Shown: in pieces, positions 59,566 through 64,000 of the stretch
Layout: every line of letters starts with the position of its first letter
Position numbering within the stretch: the stretch's first letter is position 1
From: Candidatus Dormiibacterota bacterium
Lineage (GTDB): Bacteria; Chloroflexota; Dormibacteria; Aeolococcales; Aeolococcaceae
Assembly (NCBI GenBank): GCA_963718525.1
Contig: OY970355.1
Coordinates: forward strand, 2,688,001 to 2,752,000
DNA length: 64,000 bases
Direction of reading: 5' to 3'
Translations under genes and position numbers: made by a program
The notes under the pieces: generated by a model
The model's input: the letters and a program-made list of their open reading frames with translations, nothing else
What the model was told of the DNA's origin: nothing
Databases searched by the model: none

Positions 59566-59937
59566 GTGAGCGTTGACGGACGGATGGACATTGACCCCGA
59601 TAACCACGTGCCTTTAGCGCCATTACCGCTCGGAGAGAGGCAACCTCCGGGTCGAAACCCGCCAGCACCGCCCGGTACGGGCGAGGGGGGGCAGCCGGGC
59701 AACCCCGGACGCAACCGCAGCCCTCTCGAGGAGCTCATATACACCGCGAAGATGCGCGGCTATCTGTACAAGTCAGAACTCGCGGCATTCCTTGAAGTCG
59801 TGGACGAGCAAGCTGCGGTGTTGCCGCATCTGGGCCTTTGGCAAGACTTGACAGGTGCCCCGGTGCGCCGAAAAGAAGCAATTAAGTCCATGGCTCGCTG
59901 GCTACGCGAATTGGGGATAAAGGTCAGGCGCGGCTGA
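59566..59937 (+). CDS. Hypothetical protein with stand-alone sigma70 region 1.1-like domain
   Basis: Pro/Gly-rich N-terminus, then LEELIYTAKMRGYLYKSEL...AIKSMARWLRELGIKV, resembling the LI...K..GYLT..E...L...GI.V pattern. Confidence 0.55.
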   Translation: MSVDGRMDIDPDNHVPLAPLPLGERQPPGRNPPAPPGTGEGGQPGNPGRNRSPLEELIYTAKMRGYLYKSELAAFLEVVDEQAAVLPHLGLWQDLTGAPVRRKEAIKSMARWLRELGIKVRRG

Positions 59938-59989
59938 GCTGCCTACCACTAGAAGAAAACTCCCCGCTCGGTGTATACGCGGGTCAACT

Positions 59990-60017
59990 CGAGTAGATAT
60001 TGGCGGATGCTGGCCCG
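59990..60017. repeat. 28-bp inter-cassette site 2: CGAGTAGATAT-TGGCGG-ATGCTGGCCCG
   Basis: Same 11-6-11 motif, intergenic. Confidence 0.7.
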
Positions 60018-60072
60018 GTCGAGGTTATTAGCCGTTGAATGGGATCGGCCGTCTCGGGTGGCGCCAACCCCC

Positions 60073-60111
60073 CGAACATATGTGCTGGAGGCGGCGCAAG
60101 AGCGCTAGAAT
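60073..60111 (+). promoter_or_regulatory. Possible LexA (Cheo-type) box next to a TAGAAT -10 promoter
   Basis: CGAAC-ATAT-GTGC (one mismatch to GAAC-N4-GTTC) overlaps the expected -35 position; TAGAAT at 60106-60111. Confidence 0.4.
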
Positions 60112-60208
60112 GCCCCAGCACCTCCGACTGCTGAGGACCTCATGTGCAGCCGGCCTGCGATCAAACGCCACTGCCCGCGAACGGTCCTTGCGGTAGCGGA
60201 GAGACTCG

Positions 60209-60688
60209 ATGACGGACGCCGAAGAGATCGTATCGATCCTCATTGATGAGGCCCGAGCACAGATTGCATTGCAGTCGTCAAATGCTGACAGCCACGACAC
60301 CAAGGCGCTCGCGCTACTCGGAGCGGACATCGCGGCAGGACTGGCGGTCATCAGCCTTCACGCCGTCCAAACTGCCAGCGTTCCGCCCAGCATATTCGAC
60401 CGCTATTGGTGGGTTCCGGTCGTTGGAGCCGCGTTCTCTGCAATAGCCTTCTCGTTCACGCTGTGGAACCGCGACTTCAGAATCGGTCCCGCCCCGGATA
60501 CCTTTTATGCGAACCACATTTTCCAGACGAGCTTCGCCGCCAAGTACGCCCTCCTCACTGATCTCAGCATCGCGATAACCTGGAACAACGGACGCGTCAG
60601 ATCTAAGGGTGGGGGATGGATTGTCGGAGCCTGTGGAATGGTCGCGACGGCTCTAGGTTGGCTCGTTATCTGGGCAGTGGTAAAGTGA
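60209..60688 (+). CDS. Three-TM membrane protein resembling Pycsar effector (DUF5706-like) architecture
   Basis: DTKA-LALLG then TM1 and TM2, GP motif, L..DL...I..N...+.K then TM3; GGAGAG RBS. Confidence 0.55.
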   Translation: MTDAEEIVSILIDEARAQIALQSSNADSHDTKALALLGADIAAGLAVISLHAVQTASVPPSIFDRYWWVPVVGAAFSAIAFSFTLWNRDFRIGPAPDTFYANHIFQTSFAAKYALLTDLSIAITWNNGRVRSKGGGWIVGACGMVATALGWLVIWAVVK

Positions 60689-60692
60689 CCGA

Positions 60693-60860
60693 GTGACCGA
60701 TCACGCTGATGAGCAAGAGCAGGTTTCGGCGCCCGCCGATGCCCAACAGGAGGCTCCGACGAGCCCTCCGCTGCAGCTCGGGACGGAGACCATCGACCCC
60801 TTCACCATCGCAAAAAGGGGCGATGTTGCGGGAGGAAGGGAGGTACGCGCCAGTGACTGA
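60693..60860 (+). CDS. 55-aa microprotein, paralog 1
   Basis: MTDHADEQEQVSAPADAQQEAPTSPPLQLGTETIDPFTIAKRGDVAGGREVRASD; 29/55 identical, ungapped, to paralog 2. Confidence 0.75.
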   Translation: MTDHADEQEQVSAPADAQQEAPTSPPLQLGTETIDPFTIAKRGDVAGGREVRASD

Positions 60861-61020
60861 CCACCCCGAGCAGCAACCGCGACCGTCAGCCCCGATGGAA
60901 CCGAAGCAAGAGACTCCGCCGAGCCCCCCGCCACGCCTCGGGACCGTGACCACTGATCCTTTCACCATCGTCAAGAAGGGTGCTGGACCAGATGGTGCGG
61001 AGAAGCGCCCCCGCGACTGA
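60853..61020 (+). CDS. 55-aa microprotein, paralog 2
   Basis: MTDHPEQQPRPSAPMEPKQETPPSPPPRLGTVTTDPFTIVKKGAGPDGAEKRPRD; GGAGG RBS; start overlaps the paralog 1 stop (GTGACTGA). Confidence 0.78.
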   Translation: MTDHPEQQPRPSAPMEPKQETPPSPPPRLGTVTTDPFTIVKKGAGPDGAEKRPRD

Positions 61021-61098
61021 CTCTCCGGATGTTGTGGGACACGATTCATCCAAGCCACCATTAGGAATTGATGCGCTGGAAGCCCGCCCGGCAGTCTG

Positions 61099-61126
61099 TC
61101 GAGGTACATTCCCAGATGCTCGCCTG
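61099..61126. repeat. 28-bp inter-cassette site 3: TCGAGGTACAT-TCCCAG-ATGCTCGCCTG
   Basis: Same motif, between convergent genes. Confidence 0.75.
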
Positions 61127-61196
61127 CTGAACCATCGTGACGCTTGAGGCTGGAGAGCAAACAGCGGAGCACAAGGGTTCCCGCTCGAGCCGGCCA

Positions 61197-61460
61197 TCAT
61201 CCGACGCTGTGCGTTCGTGTCGATGGAAGCCGTGTGATCGCAAAAGAAAGGAGAAGCACCACCGTCGCTGCGCCCGCACCGAATAAGGCACATTGCCAGG
61301 TCGCGAAGGTCGGCTCCGGGGCAATGCCGCTATTACACATCGATGCCCCGTCCGGACACACGCTGCCCGGCAGCGACAAAAGGACGGCGGTCCAAAGACC
61401 AATCCCGATCCCCACGGGCGCCGAGCCCAATTGAAGGATCGTCATGGCGATGCGCCTCAT
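61197..61460 (-). CDS. Small two-TM membrane protein with Cys-containing loop
   Basis: TAGCAT-6 nt-ATG leaderless-type start; two hydrophobic helices flanking CPDGASMC. Confidence 0.65.
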   Translation of the reverse strand: MRRIAMTILQLGSAPVGIGIGLWTAVLLSLPGSVCPDGASMCNSGIAPEPTFATWQCALFGAGAATVVLLLSFAITRLPSTRTHSVG

Positions 61461-61590
61461 GAACCGATGCTACTTTTTGACCTTCCCGGCGGCCCGGCAC
61501 GTCACCACCTGGTGACATCGGCAGACGTGGCCTCGGCTGTCATCACGCCCGGTCATTTGCTGAGCGCTTTGATGCTACTGCCGCCGCCCC

Positions 61591-61618
61591 TCGAGGGACA
61601 TTTGCGGATACTGGCCTG
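61591..61618. repeat. 28-bp inter-cassette site 4: TCGAGGGACAT-TTGCGG-ATACTGGCCTG
   Basis: Same motif, between divergent genes. Confidence 0.75.
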
Positions 61619-61695
61619 AGCGTCGTGCGTTACGCGTGAGCATCAGCCCACCGCGAGCTCCTGCGTTCGCCGGGACTCACCCCTAATGTGTCCTC

Positions 61696-62040
61696 ATGTC
61701 AAACGGCAAGGCGCCCATCCCTGGCTGGAACCCCGCGATCCCTCCTCGCTCGTCACATAAGCCGGCGTGGTGGGCCGCAGGCATCGTTTGCTGCTCACTC
61801 GCCGCCATCGTGTCGGAGGCGACCGCAGGCGGGATAGGTGAGGTGGCTCAGCCGGATCAAGCCGCTTGGGTTGCGATCTTCAAACTCCTTCCGATCCTGC
61901 CACCTGCGCTTGTCGTGATCGTGACTGGCGTCCGCTCGGCGCTTCGTGGACGAAGCACGTGGTCAACCGCTGGCGTCCCCAAGTTGCTGTTCTGGAGTAG
62001 CCTCGCCCTCCTTTGCGTCGCGATCCCAAAACCAGCCTGA
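61696..62040 (+). CDS. Small three-TM membrane protein
   Basis: TAATGT-6 nt-ATG start; three hydrophobic segments. Confidence 0.65.
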   Translation: MSNGKAPIPGWNPAIPPRSSHKPAWWAAGIVCCSLAAIVSEATAGGIGEVAQPDQAAWVAIFKLLPILPPALVVIVTGVRSALRGRSTWSTAGVPKLLFWSSLALLCVAIPKPA

Positions 62041-62054
62041 TCTCCTGAGGACTG

Positions 62055-62082
62055 CCTGGGTACATTCCCGGATGCTGGCATG
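62055..62082. repeat. 28-bp inter-cassette site 5: CCTGGGTACAT-TCCCGG-ATGCTGGCATG
   Basis: Same motif, 14 nt after a stop codon, between convergent genes. Confidence 0.75.
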
Positions 62083-62279
62083 CGCAGGTGAAACGTCACT
62101 TGGTGGTGTGCCTGGTCGTGAACTAGACCGCTCAGCGCGGACTTCCGGACGTCGAGCGTGCCTGGCACTGCACACCGTCGCCAGCGTGCTCGTGCGGCGC
62201 GTCCTCGGTTGAGCTGACCGCATCCAGGGCTTGCAGAGGTAACGATCCCGGACTGTCTAACTGAACGCGCTTGGAAAGG

Positions 62280-63089
62280 CTAGGTGCTCGGGCGTGCTAC
62301 AGCCCAGAGGAGATCGATAATCTCCGTCGCCGCGTTTCGGAGGAGCGGGAACGCTTCACGAACTGTCTGTCCCTTGAGACCCCGCGGCTCGCCCAGCGCT
62401 ACGTCAAAAAGGAAACTCGGCTGGTCGTCCGGTTCAAGATGCGAGCCAACGGAAGCGCTATAGAGTTGGCTGCCATCTTTGAGGGGCGCACGGTCGGCGG
62501 GTCTGATGTAGACGAGCTGGTTGGGAAGCACCGCGGCCGGCTTGGGGCTGGCGATCTTTTTCAGCTCAGCCCAAGGGCTTAACGCGACGCGTTTTGGCCG
62601 GAGCGCCAAGACAACCAGGAAACGATGTTCGTCGACGACGTCGAGCTTGTCCAAGGCCCAGAGAAGAGTGTTCTTCCCTCCCTCGTACGGCTCCAGCCCC
62701 TTGAACGCTTGCACGACCGGCTCCGCGGCTCTACCTACCTTGGTCTCCACCGTGGCTTCGTACGCTTTCCGGTCGAACTTGGGACTGCGCCAGATCGGGA
62801 AGTCGGTCTCGAACGAAGGCTGCTTGCCGTTGTCCCGAACGATGGCGTTGGCGAAGTCGTCGAGCGCGGATCGGAGATTGTGGATCGCGTCACCCAGGGT
62901 CAGAGTGATTGGGTCGGGGATGCTCGCGTCGGTGAGAATCCAACGGCTGAAGCCAGGGCGATTCGGATCGTTCTCGCGGATGACGGCTTTGGCCTTCGCT
63001 ATTCGGAACCCCGCGAGTTCATGCCCGAGATCGACGATGTGCTTGTCGACCCATTCGAGCTTCCGCTCGACGCTGTAGAGGGGATTCAC
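62280..63089 (-). CDS. Hypothetical protein (GDAIHNLRSALD / L..LD..DEHR family, possibly HEPN-like)
   Basis: KL.W...H...L, GDAIHNLRSALD, FPI, EPY, LWALDKLDVVDEHR motifs. Confidence 0.65.
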   Translation of the reverse strand: MNPLYSVERKLEWVDKHIVDLGHELAGFRIAKAKAVIRENDPNRPGFSRWILTDASIPDPITLTLGDAIHNLRSALDDFANAIVRDNGKQPSFETDFPIWRSPKFDRKAYEATVETKVGRAAEPVVQAFKGLEPYEGGKNTLLWALDKLDVVDEHRFLVVLALRPKRVALSPWAELKKIASPKPAAVLPNQLVYIRPADRAPLKDGSQLYSASVGSHLEPDDQPSFLFDVALGEPRGLKGQTVREAFPLLRNAATEIIDLLWAVARPST

Positions 63090-63112
63090 GGCTCGGCGCT
63101 ATTCTGATCCCA

Positions 63113-63299
63113 TCGAATACCAGACCCCTTGCCTTGGCAAGGTACGGCGGGAATGCCGAATACGAGAGGGCGAGAAAACGGTCTCGCGGCGCCTACTTCC
63201 CAGCTGCATCGACGCTATTCGACGCGGAGTCGACGGCCGTTGACGTCAAGCCACGCCGACCCGTGGGTGATCCAGTGAGAGCACCCTCGGGTCGGCCGA
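63113..63299. repeat. att core + arm repeat, copy B, with eroded tRNA-Gly 3' remnant
   Basis: TCGAA-N5-GACCCCT-TG-CCTTGGCAAGGT mirrors tRNA TCGAA-N5-GACCCCT-A-CCTTGGCAAGGT; arm homologous to copy A. Confidence 0.85.
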
Positions 63300-63386
63300 C
63301 CGTTTTCTTATTCGATTGTTGCCAACTCGCGCATCTCGGGCGAATGGGCGCACGAACCTCCTCTGGTGAAGCGCGCCCGCAGACCG

Positions 63387-64000
63387 TTATGCGACGACGT
63401 CGCCGCGCGACGCCACGCCTTCTGTAAGCACACGGCTCGGATGGTGTACGTCCCCGAAGAAGGTGCCCTTGCGGAGCACTCGATCCAACCACGCTCCCGC
63501 TATCATCGAGGTGACGATCGCCAGAAGTACGAGGTCGACATAGAACTTCTGGGAAATGATGTGTGCGTCGAAGGCCACCGAGGCCATGACAATCGCTGGA
63601 CCGCCTCGTGCATTCAGCGCCATCGCCAGATTGATCGCACTCTCGCGACCCTCGCCCGCCACGCGCGCGCCGGCGTATACGCTGAACCCCTTGACGACGC
63701 ATGCATAGACAAGGAATGCCGCAAAGAACGGGATGTCGAACTGGTGGATGAGGTCGAGCTTTAGGCCCACGATCGCGAAGTAGATCGGGATGAAGAAAGC
63801 GAATGAGAAGCTCTGAATACTTGCCTGAGCGCGGACTGCATCGATCGAGACCCTTCCACGCTCTTCCGCGCTGGTCGAGAGCGTCCCGGCCAGAATCCCA
63901 GCGACAAACGCCCCGAAGATGGGTGAGATACCAAAGAACAGCGCGATGCTCGTCATCACCAGCATGAAGACGATCTGGAAGGCCAAAGCATTGCCGCGTC
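63387..64000 (-). CDS. Cation:proton antiporter (CPA2/Na_H_Exchanger), 5' part outside the window
   Basis: GISPIFGAFVAG, FFIPIYFAIVGLKLDL, MALNARGG motifs. Confidence 0.85.
   Translation of the reverse strand, partial: RGNALAFQIVFMLVMTSIALFFGISPIFGAFVAGILAGTLSTSAEERGRVSIDAVRAQASIQSFSFAFFIPIYFAIVGLKLDLIHQFDIPFFAAFLVYACVVKGFSVYAGARVAGEGRESAINLAMALNARGGPAIVMASVAFDAHIISQKFYVDLVLLAIVTSMIAGAWLDRVLRKGTFFGDVHHPSRVLTEGVASRGDVVA

Larger units (their letters stand above)
58441..63299. mobile_element. Integrase-less genomic islet at tRNA-Gly, part of a tandem island array continuing beyond the window
   Basis: Flanked by two CCTTGGCAAGGT cores each followed by a homologous arm; small unrelated cargo genes; looks more A/T-rich than the flanks; no recombinase ORF inside. 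Confidence 0.75.

Noticed and set aside
60709-61020. 103-aa ORF MSKSRFRR... from the track
   Set aside because: Its 5' half is an off-frame reading of microprotein 1; the real start is GTG 60853 with a GGAGG RBS
59510-62082. CRISPR array, classical integron attC array or chromosomal dif/pdif sites
   Set aside because: Spacers are 0.4-1.1 kb genes and no cas genes are present; there are no RYYYAAC/GTTRRRY ends or intI; the core is CAT-N6-ATG rather than TAA-N6-TTA, and the copies are direct rather than alternating

Overview
High-GC bacterial chromosome segment. Gene content and frequent leaderless starts suggest an actinobacterium-like or Dormibacterota/Chloroflexota-like soil organism (inference). 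Positions 1-57.4 kb are mostly metabolic: an RpiR-regulated gamma-glutamylation (Puu-like) amine catabolic operon, a type III PKS/methyltransferase/FAD-oxidase trio, a DedA-RDD-ArsR fusion, a frameshifted PiT gene plus DUF47, a membrane HD-GYP protein, and xylAB-xylR with a sugar ABC locus carrying an apparently exact 1077-bp duplication. Next come a KimA-like transporter fused to an OB fold opposite two trkA genes, benzoate-CoA ligase plus boxCB, and a complete selenocysteine kit (selD, selC, selA, selB) beside a UGA/SECIS formate dehydrogenase. A ~180-nt rod-shaped 6S-like RNA candidate lies at 56.5 kb. The most unusual part is 58.4-63.3 kb, an integrase-less islet. It is bounded by two tRNA-Gly(GCC)-derived att cores, each followed by a diverged ~150-bp arm with 10-bp-phased repeats. 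Inside, small unrelated genes are separated by five same-orientation 28-bp sites of 11-6-11 form (approximate consensus tCgaGgKACAT-TnnCgG-ATGCTGGCCTG). This suggests an integron-like gene-cassette array using a non-attC, non-dif site, although a promoter interpretation is not excluded. Cargo includes a stand-alone sigma70 region-1.1-like protein and a Pycsar-effector-like membrane protein followed by two paralogous 55-aa microproteins that the ORF track did not resolve.
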